Origin: Candidatus Gottesmanbacteria bacterium
Lineage (GTDB): Bacteria; Patescibacteriota; Microgenomatia; UBA10105; UBA927
Direction: 5' to 3'
NCBI GenBank assembly: GCA_963714095.1
Contig: OY970230.1
Location: 959,907 to 1,023,906, forward strand
DNA: 64,000 nucleotides
Shown here: in pieces, positions 40,983 through 50,258 of the stretch
How positions within the stretch are numbered: the first letter of the stretch is position 1
How the letters are laid out: every line of letters starts with the position of its first letter
Notes under the pieces: model-generated
Database searches by the model: none
What the model saw: the letters and a program-made list of their open reading frames with translations, nothing else
What the model was told of the DNA's origin: nothing
Made by a program: the position numbers and the translations under genes

Positions 40983-41696
40983 TTATACCTGTGAGGCAGC
41001 AAGGGCCTCAGTGAGTTTTCCCATTTTTCCCTCAATGATATCGTCGAGATTGTGCCAGCTTTTTCCGATACGATGGTCGGTGACGCGGTTCTGCGGAAAG
41101 TTGTACGTCCGGATTTTTTCCGCCCGCATGCCGCGGCCGATGATACTGCGTGCGGCTCCGAGCGCGGTTGCTGCTTTCGTTTCCTCCAGCTCCCAGAGTT
41201 TTGCACGAAGCATGGAGAGAGCTACCTGCCGGTTCTGGTACTGGTCGCGTTCGGTTTGAGCTGATACGACGATTCCTGTCGGTTTATGGCGGATGCGGGC
41301 AGCGGAGCTTACTTTGTTAACGTTTTGGCCGCCTTTTCCTCCGCTTCTGAAGAAATCCCATTCGATGTCTTCGGGACGGATATAAATTTCAGTTTCAGGA
41401 ATATCGGGAAGGACCGCAATTGTTGCTGTAGACGTATGAATCCGGCCGGACCGTTCGGTTGAGGGAACCCGTTGCACACGGTGTGTACCGGCCTCATATT
41501 GTAATTTCGTGAATACGCCAGCTCCGCGAACGCGGATGGCAGTATCACTTATTTGTTCTACTTTCCACCCTGAAAGGTTCGCATACCGGATATACATACG
41601 CATGAGATCGGAAGCCCAAATCCGGGCTTCTTCGCCGCCGGGACCGGGCCTAAATTCCATAATCGTAACGTCAGGATTTACACTCGCCATAGGCAA
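40983..41696 (-). CDS. prfA: peptide chain release factor 1 lacking N-terminal domain 1
   Basis: 'PST' (PxT) codon-recognition motif, 'GGQ', and 'RTYNFPQNRVTDHRI'. The ORF begins at TTG/ATG immediately before the 'FRPGPGG' region. Confidence 0.8.
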   Translation of the reverse strand: MPMASVNPDVTIMEFRPGPGGEEARIWASDLMRMYIRYANLSGWKVEQISDTAIRVRGAGVFTKLQYEAGTHRVQRVPSTERSGRIHTSTATIAVLPDIPETEIYIRPEDIEWDFFRSGGKGGQNVNKVSSAARIRHKPTGIVVSAQTERDQYQNRQVALSMLRAKLWELEETKAATALGAARSIIGRGMRAEKIRTYNFPQNRVTDHRIGKSWHNLDDIIEGKMGKLTEALAASQV

Positions 41697-41699
41697 CGT

Positions 41700-42008
41700 C
41701 TACTTTAAACCCAAAAGCATATCTTTGAGGGATTTCGGATTGCGGAGGGATTCGGCGCGTTCCTGCTTCTTTTTCTTTCGCGCGGCAAGTACCGTTGATT
41801 GTGCCGCAGCGGCTTTCACCTTGGTCTGGAAGCGTTCCACGCGGCCCATGGTGTCGACGAACTTCATCTCTCCGGTAAAGAAAGGATGGCATTTGGCGCA
41901 GATTTCCACGCGCAGTTCTGGTTTGGTAGCTCCCACGGTGAACCTGTTACCGCAGGCGCACGTGACGACCGCATCCGGATACCATTGAGGGTGAATCGTT
42001 TTTTTCAT
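41700..42008 (-). CDS. rpmE: 50S ribosomal protein L31 with a ~36-aa K/A-rich C-terminal extension
   Basis: 'CACGN...[12 protein letters not shown]...GRVERF' L31 core. It is in frame with prfA across a single TAG. Confidence 0.8.
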   Translation of the reverse strand: MKKTIHPQWYPDAVVTCACGNRFTVGATKPELRVEICAKCHPFFTGEMKFVDTMGRVERFQTKVKAAAAQSTVLAARKKKKQERAESLRNPKSLKDMLLGLK

Positions 42009-42030
42009 ACAAGAAGCCTATTATATCATT

Positions 42031-43068
42031 TCATCGGTTCTTTTCAAAGATTGAGGCAAGGACTTCCTTTTTTTTGAGCCGTGTATGAGAAGGAACGGTG
42101 GATTGGGGAATAATGGGTATTGCGGCTTTTTCGATGGATTTTCCCAGCAGGATTAACTTCCGGATCGGGTGATAATGAATACGTCCTTCAGCAATATATA
42201 TTCCGCCGAAAATAAGGATTGCTCCTCCCAGAAAGGGAATCGTTATCGCTTCATGCAACAGGAGCGCGCCCATGACGGTGCCGACGATCGGATCCACGTA
42301 TGCAAACATTGCACTGTCCGTAGCGGAAATTTTGGACAGGCCCCACGCGAACAGACCATACCCGATGGTACTGCTGAATAGTGCTCCGTACCCAATACCC
42401 AGATACCCGCGCCAGTCAAGAAGTGCATACAGGTGGGGGTTATGCATAAATTCATATAACGCCAGAGGAAGAAAGCTGGCTGCTCCTACCAAAAATGCCC
42501 AAAAGGTAAATGCCCAAGGATTGTATTTACTGACGATTTTTTTGCCGACTATGGTTTGGCCAACTGCAGCAAATGTTGCAATGAGAAGGTAGATATTCCC
42601 CAGTATTGATCCGTCTACACCGTGCACGAGCAGCGGCTCAATGACGATAACGATTATTCCCAGTGTCCCCAGTATCATACCCAGGAATTTTTTCAATTTA
42701 AATGATTCATGCAGGAAAAGAAGTGCAAAAAATAGGGTGAGAATCGGTTGGGCACTTGATATGACAGGGGAATTGATGGAGTAGGTGAGGTTAAGCCCCC
42801 AAAAGAAAAAGATGATGTTGACGGTGATTCCCAAAAAGCCATAAAGAAAAAGTAGTATGCCGTCGCGCCTGTTGGCCAATGGGAGCGAGACTTTTTTGCC
42901 GATCACCAAAAGGATCATGATTGCGCCTAAAAAAAACCGCCAGAATGCAAGGGTAAACGGGGGAATATTCTTTAAACTGAGTTTAAATATCGCCGCCGCC
43001 GCGCCCCAGATGATGTTGGCGATAATGAGTGCCAAAAAAGCCTTTTGGACGGTGTTCAACGATTTCAT
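42031..43068 (-). CDS. EamA/DMT-family transporter
   Basis: 10 TM helices with an EamA repeat architecture. Confidence 0.65.
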   Translation of the reverse strand: MKSLNTVQKAFLALIIANIIWGAAAAIFKLSLKNIPPFTLAFWRFFLGAIMILLVIGKKVSLPLANRRDGILLFLYGFLGITVNIIFFFWGLNLTYSINSPVISSAQPILTLFFALLFLHESFKLKKFLGMILGTLGIIVIVIEPLLVHGVDGSILGNIYLLIATFAAVGQTIVGKKIVSKYNPWAFTFWAFLVGAASFLPLALYEFMHNPHLYALLDWRGYLGIGYGALFSSTIGYGLFAWGLSKISATDSAMFAYVDPIVGTVMGALLLHEAITIPFLGGAILIFGGIYIAEGRIHYHPIRKLILLGKSIEKAAIPIIPQSTVPSHTRLKKKEVLASIFEKNR

Positions 43069-43071
43069 GGG

Positions 43072-44286
43072 TCAGTTTGACTGAAGCATAAGAATGACGT
43101 CATCAACCGTTAATTCTTTTTGTTCTTTTGTAGCCATGTTTTTCAGTTTCACCTTGTTCCGTTTCACTTCATCCGGCCCGAAGATAACGATATACGGTAT
43201 TCTTTTTTTATCGGCATATTTCAGCTGCTTTTCCAGCTTTGCGCCGGAATCGACGTATATCTCAGCGTTGAGTCCTGCGCGGCGCAGTTTTGTCGTGAGT
43301 TCAAGTGAACTGCCCAGCTGCTCGGGAGAGAAAATAGCCACGAGTACTTGTGTGACGGTAGAACGCGTGGAAAGCAACTTAAATTCCTCCATGGCCTCCA
43401 TGATGCGGTCAAATCCGAATGCGATACCTACGGCCGGCAAATCCCTGCCGGAAAATTGGCTGATGAGTTTGTCATAGCGCCCGCCACCCGCAAGCGATCC
43501 GCTTGTGTAGGCTGCCGCCTTAAGTTCAAATATCGTACTCGTATAATAATCCAGACCTCTGGCCAAAAATCGGTTAAACCGGAAATCCGTATCCTCTTTA
43601 TATCCAAGCCGCTTGAGCGCTTCAAAAATTTTCCAGATACGTTCTGTCGCGCCCATATTTTTCAGTGACGTTAAAAGCTCTTGCGGATTTTTCCGACCTG
43701 CTGTTGCAAGTTCATCAAGGACAGCATCGACGCCGATTTTATCAATCTTATCAATGGAGGATATTTCCTTTTTGGTAAGTTTAAGTCCGTCGAAAATTGT
43801 ACGGTCATTTATATCCATGGTAATGCCGGAAAAGCCGAGCTGTTTAAACGCGGAAAGTGTGCAGTCTATAATTTCCGCGTCAGCCAGTGGCGAATCAGAT
43901 CCTACCGTATCGATATCGCATTGCAGGAATTCGCGGAATCTCCCTTTTTGTGTATTTTCCGCGCGCCAAACCGGCTGGATTTGATAGCGTTTAAAAGGTT
44001 TTGGAAGATCCGGATATTGCGCAACCACCCGGGAGAGTGGAACGGTCTGGTCATACCGGAGTCCGACGTTCCGTTTCCCGTTATCGCGGAAAAGGTACAA
44101 AAGTTTATCCGCCTCACCTCCGTATTTGCCCATGAGCGTTTCGGCGTATTCCAGTGCCGGTGTTTCAAGAGGATCAAATCCGTACCGTTCAAACACCGTC
44201 CTGATTTTTCCCACTACAACCTGCCGCGCGCTAGCGGCAGAAGGAAGGAAATCACGGAATCCCTTGAGTGTTTGTGCTTTGATCAT
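43072..44286 (-). CDS. hisS: histidyl-tRNA synthetase
   Basis: Class II motifs and the 'RGLDYY' HisRS signature. Confidence 0.9.
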   Translation of the reverse strand: MIKAQTLKGFRDFLPSAASARQVVVGKIRTVFERYGFDPLETPALEYAETLMGKYGGEADKLLYLFRDNGKRNVGLRYDQTVPLSRVVAQYPDLPKPFKRYQIQPVWRAENTQKGRFREFLQCDIDTVGSDSPLADAEIIDCTLSAFKQLGFSGITMDINDRTIFDGLKLTKKEISSIDKIDKIGVDAVLDELATAGRKNPQELLTSLKNMGATERIWKIFEALKRLGYKEDTDFRFNRFLARGLDYYTSTIFELKAAAYTSGSLAGGGRYDKLISQFSGRDLPAVGIAFGFDRIMEAMEEFKLLSTRSTVTQVLVAIFSPEQLGSSLELTTKLRRAGLNAEIYVDSGAKLEKQLKYADKKRIPYIVIFGPDEVKRNKVKLKNMATKEQKELTVDDVILMLQSN

Positions 44287-44489
44287 ACAATGTATTGCAA
44301 TATTTTTTTTGCTTCCTGTACGTCTGTTTTGTTTACCAGTAATTGAATTTGTTCCGTCATAAACGGATACATGCCTCCCGCATCGTCCATCCGGATAAAC
44401 GACCTGATCCCGTTTGCGTCCAACACGCTTTTGGCTATGTCTGCCTCATGACGGTCAGCGCATCGTTTGATACAGATAAAGTCTGCCAT
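44283..44489 (-). CDS. small hypothetical protein (DUF2007-like)
   Basis: 68 aa. It overlaps the hisS start by 4 nt. Confidence 0.4.
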   Translation of the reverse strand: MADFICIKRCADRHEADIAKSVLDANGIRSFIRMDDAGGMYPFMTEQIQLLVNKTDVQEAKKILQYIV

Positions 44490-44718
44490 CTTCTGTTAAG
44501 CGTATCAAATCTTTGACATGAATACCAGGCCATAGATGATTTGTCAGCTGCCTAATCCATCGGCAGGAGCTTTCATACCCGCTTCTTGTCGTCGTTTATA
44601 CTCTTGATATTGTTGATCTATAGGGTCATTAGACTGTTCGTTTAATTTTTCTTCTAATGGTTTGTTTTTTTTCCTTTACTGGTTCTTTTTCCGGTTCTGG
44701 CATAGATATCACCTCCTT

Positions 44719-46248
44719 TCATTTCAGTTTTCCAACTACGTTTTCCGCCGCTTCAAGTATCTTATATTGTCTGATAAGCGGGACGAGAGACTCGATATCT
44801 TTGTAAAAAGCGCGGTCCTCCGTAATAGCCGGGCTCACGTTACGAACAAGTTTGTAAACCGCCTGAAATACCGGCGAAGCCTTCAGCGGTTTTCTGAATT
44901 CATACGCCTGACAGGTTGCTAAGAGTTGAATTGCAATAACTGCTTCGGTGTTACGGATAATCTCGCGTGCTTTTCGTGCTGCGATCGTTCCGAATGAAAC
45001 GTGGTCCTCCTGATTGCCCGACACGGGAATAGAGTCAACGCTCGCCGGTGATGCGAGAATTTTGTTTTCGGACACGAGGGCAGCCTGCGTGTATTGGCTG
45101 ATCATAAGTCCCGAATCCAAACCCGCGCTGTTGACAAGAAACGCCGGTAAATCCTTGGAGCAGGCAGGATCCATCAGGTTATTTGTTTGCCGCTCGGAAA
45201 TATTACCGAGATCGGTAATCACAATTCCCAAGAGGTCCTGTGTGTAACCGATCGGTGCGCCGTGGAAGTTCGCTCCTGTTCGGCAGATTTTTTCTTTTGT
45301 AAAGAAAATCGGATTATCAGCAACAGAATTTATTTCTATTTCCGTAATTGTTCTTACGTAGTCCAGCGCATCGCGCGCAGCACCTGAAACTTGCGGGACA
45401 CTCCGAAGCGAATACGCATTCTGTACGTTTTTTTTGGGCTGCCGCATGAGTTCACTGCCCGCAATAAGTCTGCGGATATTGGCAGCAGTATCGTTTTGCC
45501 CTTTATATGGGCGTACTTCGTTGTACTCTTTGCTGTAGGCACTTTCTACGCAATTAAGAACGTCAATGGTCATACTACAGATAATTTCCAATTGCTTGAT
45601 GAACCGCTCACTGTCAAAAATATTCATCGCAGCAATTGCAGTCATAAATTGTGAACCGTTCATAATGGCAAGTCCCTCGCGGTATGCAAGTGGAACGATC
45701 GGAATTCCTGCCCGTTCCATTGCGACATCACCGGAAAGAACTCCTCCCTTGTAATAGGCTTTTCCTTCTCCGATAACGACGAGTCCCATTTGGGAAAGGG
45801 GAGCCAGATCTCCGCTCGTGCCGACTGATCCTTTTTCATAAAACAACGGAGTGACGCCGCGGTTGAGCATATCAACAAATGTTAAAAATAATCGTGGCCG
45901 AAGACCGCTGTATCCTTTGGCGAATACGTTTAAGCGCAAAAGCAATGTCGCTCGTGCAGTTTCAACATCAACGGGATTACCGTAGCCGGAAGAGTGCGCG
46001 CGAAGCATCCGTGTAGATAATTCACCCGCCTTATCTTTGGATATTTTGACGTTACCGAATCCGCCGATACCGGTATTGAGGCCATACATAATATCACCGC
46101 GATCAAGCATCTGGGATATGGCATCCCAATTGGCCTGAATCTGGACAATAACTCTTTTAGGCACAACAACCTTAGCGCCTTTTCGCGCCACGGCAACTAC
46201 ATCTTCAATGGTGAGCGCTTCCCCGGTTAACGAAACAGATTTTTTCAT
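44719..46248 (-). CDS. histidine/aromatic amino-acid ammonia-lyase (MIO enzyme) with a Thr-Ser-Gly triad
   Basis: 'GSVGTSGDLAPL' sits where HAL/PAL enzymes have GSVGASGDLAPL. Colinear over the full 509 aa. Confidence 0.8.
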   Translation of the reverse strand: MKKSVSLTGEALTIEDVVAVARKGAKVVVPKRVIVQIQANWDAISQMLDRGDIMYGLNTGIGGFGNVKISKDKAGELSTRMLRAHSSGYGNPVDVETARATLLLRLNVFAKGYSGLRPRLFLTFVDMLNRGVTPLFYEKGSVGTSGDLAPLSQMGLVVIGEGKAYYKGGVLSGDVAMERAGIPIVPLAYREGLAIMNGSQFMTAIAAMNIFDSERFIKQLEIICSMTIDVLNCVESAYSKEYNEVRPYKGQNDTAANIRRLIAGSELMRQPKKNVQNAYSLRSVPQVSGAARDALDYVRTITEIEINSVADNPIFFTKEKICRTGANFHGAPIGYTQDLLGIVITDLGNISERQTNNLMDPACSKDLPAFLVNSAGLDSGLMISQYTQAALVSENKILASPASVDSIPVSGNQEDHVSFGTIAARKAREIIRNTEAVIAIQLLATCQAYEFRKPLKASPVFQAVYKLVRNVSPAITEDRAFYKDIESLVPLIRQYKILEAAENVVGKLK

Positions 46249-46425
46249 ATTCCTCCTTCTTCGCAGAACAATAAACCTGCGAATGGAGGAGGGGATTATT
46301 GGGAAGATGAATGGATAATTACCTCAACCACGCTCAGGTTTTAGTTGAGGGTATGATGAAGTACACAAGAAGAAACGCTTGCAAAAGCGTTAAAGGAGAA
46401 CGTACTGGTATTGATGTTTATGTTC

Positions 46426-46455
46426 ATATATTAACATGTTAACATGTTAATATAT
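46426..46455. promoter_or_regulatory. perfect 30-bp palindrome atatattaacatgttaacatgttaatatat (candidate operator)
   Basis: Self-complementary over all 30 nt. It lies about 180 nt upstream of the ammonia-lyase start, in a 255-nt intergenic region. Confidence 0.45.
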
Positions 46456-46503
46456 TGCTGTCAAGTGTGAAAAAATAATTGGACGGAATGAAGGAAGTCA
46501 GGT

Positions 46504-46866
46504 TTAAATCCAGGTGCGTTTTCCACGGAGACGGAATGGTCTGTGTGGGAGAGAATCCCTATTTTTTTTCGGAAGCAAACGGCCGGCGATAGTCTGATAG
46601 CCGCCCATGCCGGTATGGAGCCAGTGAGCGACACGGGAAACGGTAGTCGTTGACGTTTTCAGTTCTGAGGCTATTTCAGCATACGGCAGGCCTTTTACGA
46701 GCAGTTTGACCATTTGCCAGCGGTTTGCGAATTCTTTTAATTCCGCCGCGGTTAAAAGATCCCGGAAGAAATTTGCAGCTTCGTCGGTTGTCTTGAGAGC
46801 AAGAATCGCTTTGAACAGCTCCTCCATAGCAGGGGTAGGGTATGAAGACGTAGGAGTTTTACTCAT
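46504..46866 (-). CDS. TrpR/YerC-like small DNA-binding protein
   Basis: 'EEL...LLTAAELKEFANRWQMVKLL..GLPYAEIASELKTSTTTVSRV' helix-turn-helix. The start is taken at the internal 'MSKTP'. Confidence 0.55.
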   Translation of the reverse strand: MSKTPTSSYPTPAMEELFKAILALKTTDEAANFFRDLLTAAELKEFANRWQMVKLLVKGLPYAEIASELKTSTTTVSRVAHWLHTGMGGYQTIAGRLLPKKNRDSLPHRPFRLRGKRTWI

Positions 46867-46870
46867 ATAT

Positions 46871-47641
46871 TTACGGGGTGGGGGTCGGTTTGACCGTTGC
46901 CGTAGCAGCCGGGGTTGTTGACGCAGTTGCCGTTGCTGTCGGAGCGGCGCCCGTGAGATTTCCGATATCAAGTATCCGGATTGCACTGACGCGGTTGTCG
47001 TATTTGGGTTCCGGCGTTTCCAGGACGTGGACCGTATCGCCGGTAAACAATTTAGCAAAACCGGCCTTTTGGGTTCCGTTGGTCGCGTCCCACGTAAACG
47101 CTTTCGTAGTTGTTTCAAAATCAACAACGTAGGATTGGCCGCCAGGTGTCGCGACTGTGACCGTATAGTCTGGTTTACTGATTGCCGTAACTACCCCGGA
47201 AATTCTCTCCGGTATACTACCCTGGATAAATATCACTTGTGCCTTTAGAATATCAAGGTTAGTATCGTAATCGCCAAAGACGACCACAGTATCCCCTTTA
47301 TTGATTTGATCGGTCGTCAGTGTCGTCCGTTTACCCTTGATGTTTTGGAATACGGAAATATTGTCGGTGAGCTCTATTTTCATATCGCTGGTTTTAGTAG
47401 ATACAGTTATTGTTGAAACCGATGTTGCCGAAACCGATCCGAAAATAGCGCGTTTTTGGGATTGTTGCAGCTGAGTGGCAGCTGATGCCAGCCGGTCTTT
47501 GAGTGTGTCTAGTTTTTGCTGTGCATCGGGGGTCGCGGACGCGGATGTGGACGCAGCAATAGTTGTGGCGGGCGTGGCTGAAGCGGCATACACGGATGTG
47601 GTAAACAACAATGCGCTGGCAAAAAGAATTACTTTTTTCAT
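46871..47641 (-). CDS. secreted Thr/Ala-rich protein
   Basis: Signal peptide 'MKKVILFASALLFTTSVYA'. Both termini are low-complexity T/A-rich. Confidence 0.55.
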   Translation of the reverse strand: MKKVILFASALLFTTSVYAASATPATTIAASTSASATPDAQQKLDTLKDRLASAATQLQQSQKRAIFGSVSATSVSTITVSTKTSDMKIELTDNISVFQNIKGKRTTLTTDQINKGDTVVVFGDYDTNLDILKAQVIFIQGSIPERISGVVTAISKPDYTVTVATPGGQSYVVDFETTTKAFTWDATNGTQKAGFAKLFTGDTVHVLETPEPKYDNRVSAIRILDIGNLTGAAPTATATASTTPAATATVKPTPTP

Positions 47642-48087
47642 AAACTTTCCGGCGTATAATAAACCGTGATTGTCTGACTGACCTGTTTTGTCTTTTGGTA
47701 CGAGGTAACGATAATGTCATTTTTGCCTTCGGTAAGCGTTACCTTGCCTGCGTACTTGCCGTCCGATTGGGCTGTTGCCACCGTTTCATCAATTGGTCCG
47801 GCAATAACGACGGTTGCCCCGGGGCTGGTCGCACCAGATACGAGAAGGTCGGTGGTGTTTTCTATAGCCTCGGCAAGCGGACTTTGGATGGAAATTGCGA
47901 ACTGTGAAGGAGTCGCTCCTGCGGTCGGCGTTGCTACCGTTTTTTGTTTTGATTGGGAAAACGTAATCGTCGGCAATTTTATTTTCGGCAGCGCTTTTGT
48001 TATATTGGGGCCTAAGAGAAGAAGTCCGGTAATCAACAGTCCGATGCCGAACCCGATAAGTGTCGCCAGTAGCGCGTCTTTATTCAT
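47638..48087 (-). CDS. N-terminally anchored extracytoplasmic protein
   Basis: TM 'LLATLIGFGIGLLITGLLLL'. It overlaps the downstream gene by 4 nt. Confidence 0.5.
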   Translation of the reverse strand: MNKDALLATLIGFGIGLLITGLLLLGPNITKALPKIKLPTITFSQSKQKTVATPTAGATPSQFAISIQSPLAEAIENTTDLLVSGATSPGATVVIAGPIDETVATAQSDGKYAGKVTLTEGKNDIIVTSYQKTKQVSQTITVYYTPESL

Positions 48088-48138
48088 GAGTGTTGCTAAG
48101 GATAGCCAAATCTGTTATAAATTGCAAGTGGCGATACT

Positions 48139-48786
48139 ATGGAAATTACGTATCTAGGGCATGCAGCGTTTCGTATTAAAGGAAAAACCGCGACGGTTGT
48201 GACCGATCCGTACGCTCCTGACATCGTGGGATTAAAATTTCCCAAACATATAACCGCGGATATTGTGACCGTTTCGCACAATCACCCGGACCACAACGCC
48301 ACACGCGAGATTGAGGGGGCGGCGTATATCGTGAACGGCTCCGGGGAATATGAAATTAAAGGCGTCGGTATCATCGGGCTCCCGACATTTCATGATGAGG
48401 AAAAGGGAGCAAAGCGCGGAAAAAATACCATCTACAGAATCGAAATGGACGGATTGTCTATTGTCCATTTAGGGGATTTGGGTCACACGTTGTCTGCTGA
48501 AGAGGTAGACAGTCTGGATGGGGTGGACATTCTTATGATTCCCGTCGGCGGATTTTATACGATTGATCCGGCTAAGGCCGTGTCGGTTATCAACGAAATA
48601 GAACCGTCCATTGTTCTTCCTATGCACTACGGCAGAAAAGAGCTTCAGGGAAAAGTGCCCGGCAATTTGGCGACGCTCGAAGCGTTCTTGAAGGAAATCG
48701 GTAAAGAAGACGTTGTGCCACAATCAAAACTTACGGTAACAAAAGATAAACTGCCGGAGCAAATGCAGGTAGTAATACTCGAATAA
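48139..48786 (+). CDS. MBL-fold metallo-hydrolase
   Basis: 'VSHNHPDH' matches the HxHxDH motif. Confidence 0.75.
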   Translation: MEITYLGHAAFRIKGKTATVVTDPYAPDIVGLKFPKHITADIVTVSHNHPDHNATREIEGAAYIVNGSGEYEIKGVGIIGLPTFHDEEKGAKRGKNTIYRIEMDGLSIVHLGDLGHTLSAEEVDSLDGVDILMIPVGGFYTIDPAKAVSVINEIEPSIVLPMHYGRKELQGKVPGNLATLEAFLKEIGKEDVVPQSKLTVTKDKLPEQMQVVILE

Positions 48787-48801
48787 TTTTTCACTTTTTT
48801 T

Positions 48802-50145
48802 ATGGCTGACCTCAAAATTCCGCCGCATGATGATGTTGCCGAGCAATCGGTCTTAGGCGCTGTTCTTATTGATAAAGACGCGATGATTGATGTTGCGGAA
48901 TTTTTGCGCCCCGAACATTTTTACGCAGATGCCAATGCCGCAATCTTTAGCGCGATGATTACGCTCTATGAAGCGCATGAACCGCTGGATGTCGTATCGG
49001 TGACTGCACAGCTTAAAAAAGACGGAACGCTGAAACGAGTTGGCGGCGCATCGTATGTTTCCGAACTTCTCAATGTGGTTCCCACGTCCGCGCATGCGCA
49101 GAAATATGCGCGGATTATCCAGGAACAGTATACCAAGCGGCGTTTAATCGAGCTCGGTGCGCGCGTTACGGAACTTGCATTTAAGGAACAGGGAGACGCG
49201 AAAGAAATTTTGGATCATGCAGAACAGGAAATGTTTGCCATCTCCCAGCAGACGACCAGGCAGGATTTTATTCCCATCAAGGATGCGCTGGCCTCTTCAT
49301 TTGACCGCCTGGACGAGCTCCATAAGCGGGCAGGAGGACTGCGCGGGGTGCCTACGGGATTTAGTGATATAGATTTCCGGCTTGCCGGTATGCAGGATTC
49401 AAACCTTCTCATTCTTGCGGCGCGTCCCGGCACGGGAAAAACAGCGATGATATTGAATATCGCCCAATATGCCGCGGTCAAGGAAAAAATTCCGGTCGGC
49501 GTGTTTTCACTGGAAATGAGCAAGGAAGAACTTGTGGACCGCCTTCTGGTATCTCAGGCAGATATCGATGCGTGGAAATTAAAAACAGGGAAATTATCCG
49601 ATGATGATTTTACGAGGCTTTCTGAGGCCATGGGTGAGCTTGCAGAGGCTCCTATTTATATTGATGATACACCGGGTCTCAATATTCTTGAAATGCGTAC
49701 CAAGGCGCGCCGGCTCCAGGTTGAGCGCGGCGTGAAACTCATCATTGTCGACTATCTGCAGCTTGCCGATTCCGGACGGAATTTTGATAACCGCGTGCAG
49801 GAGGTTTCCGTCATCTCACAAAGCCTTAAAAATTTAGCCCGTGAACTGCGGCTGCCGGTTCTTGCCTGTTCTCAACTTTCCCGCGCTGTCGAGTCGCGCG
49901 GTACGAGAGTACCGGAACTTTCTGATCTTCGCGAATCGGGTTCCATTGAGCAGGATGCCGACGTTGTGATGTTTTTGTACCGTGAGGAAGGGGATCAGAC
50001 GCAATGGGGAGAGCAGATTCCGACAAAACTGCGCATCGCCAAACACAGAAACGGCCCGTTGGGTGAAGTGGACCTTATTTTTCGCGGCGACCGCATCCGC
50101 TTCTACGGCATCGAGAGAAAACGCGAAGACTCTACGGCTAAATGA
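48802..50145 (+). CDS. dnaB: replicative DNA helicase
   Basis: Walker A 'ARPGTGKTA' and DnaB N-terminal domain colinearity. Confidence 0.9.
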   Translation: MADLKIPPHDDVAEQSVLGAVLIDKDAMIDVAEFLRPEHFYADANAAIFSAMITLYEAHEPLDVVSVTAQLKKDGTLKRVGGASYVSELLNVVPTSAHAQKYARIIQEQYTKRRLIELGARVTELAFKEQGDAKEILDHAEQEMFAISQQTTRQDFIPIKDALASSFDRLDELHKRAGGLRGVPTGFSDIDFRLAGMQDSNLLILAARPGTGKTAMILNIAQYAAVKEKIPVGVFSLEMSKEELVDRLLVSQADIDAWKLKTGKLSDDDFTRLSEAMGELAEAPIYIDDTPGLNILEMRTKARRLQVERGVKLIIVDYLQLADSGRNFDNRVQEVSVISQSLKNLARELRLPVLACSQLSRAVESRGTRVPELSDLRESGSIEQDADVVMFLYREEGDQTQWGEQIPTKLRIAKHRNGPLGEVDLIFRGDRIRFYGIERKREDSTAK

Positions 50146-50160
50146 TATAATACGTGCGTG

Positions 50161-50246
50161 GCCTGGGTGGCGGAATTGGTAGACGCGCAGCTCTCAAAAA
50201 GCTGTGAAGCTAACACTTCATGAGAGTTCGAGTCTCTCCCTAGGCA
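50161..50246 (+). tRNA. tRNA-Leu (anticodon CAA)
   Basis: Folded by hand. Acceptor gcctggg/cctaggc, D-loop 'GGTAGACGC', anticodon stem cagct/agctg with loop ctCAAaa, a long variable arm, T-loop 'gttcgagtc', and discriminator A. Confidence 0.8.
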
Positions 50247-50258
50247 CAGGAGGTAACT

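Noticed and set aside
40981-41206. The N-terminal 75 aa of ORF 40292..41206 as part of the EEP protein
   Set aside because: That region overlaps the 3' end of prfA on the same strand in another frame and is Arg/Ser-rich junk. The conserved EEP N-terminus starts at MLRVITYN (40981).
46867-47127. The long N-terminal extension of ORF 46504..47127
   Set aside because: It overlaps the secreted-protein gene. The TrpR-like domain begins at the internal Met (46866).
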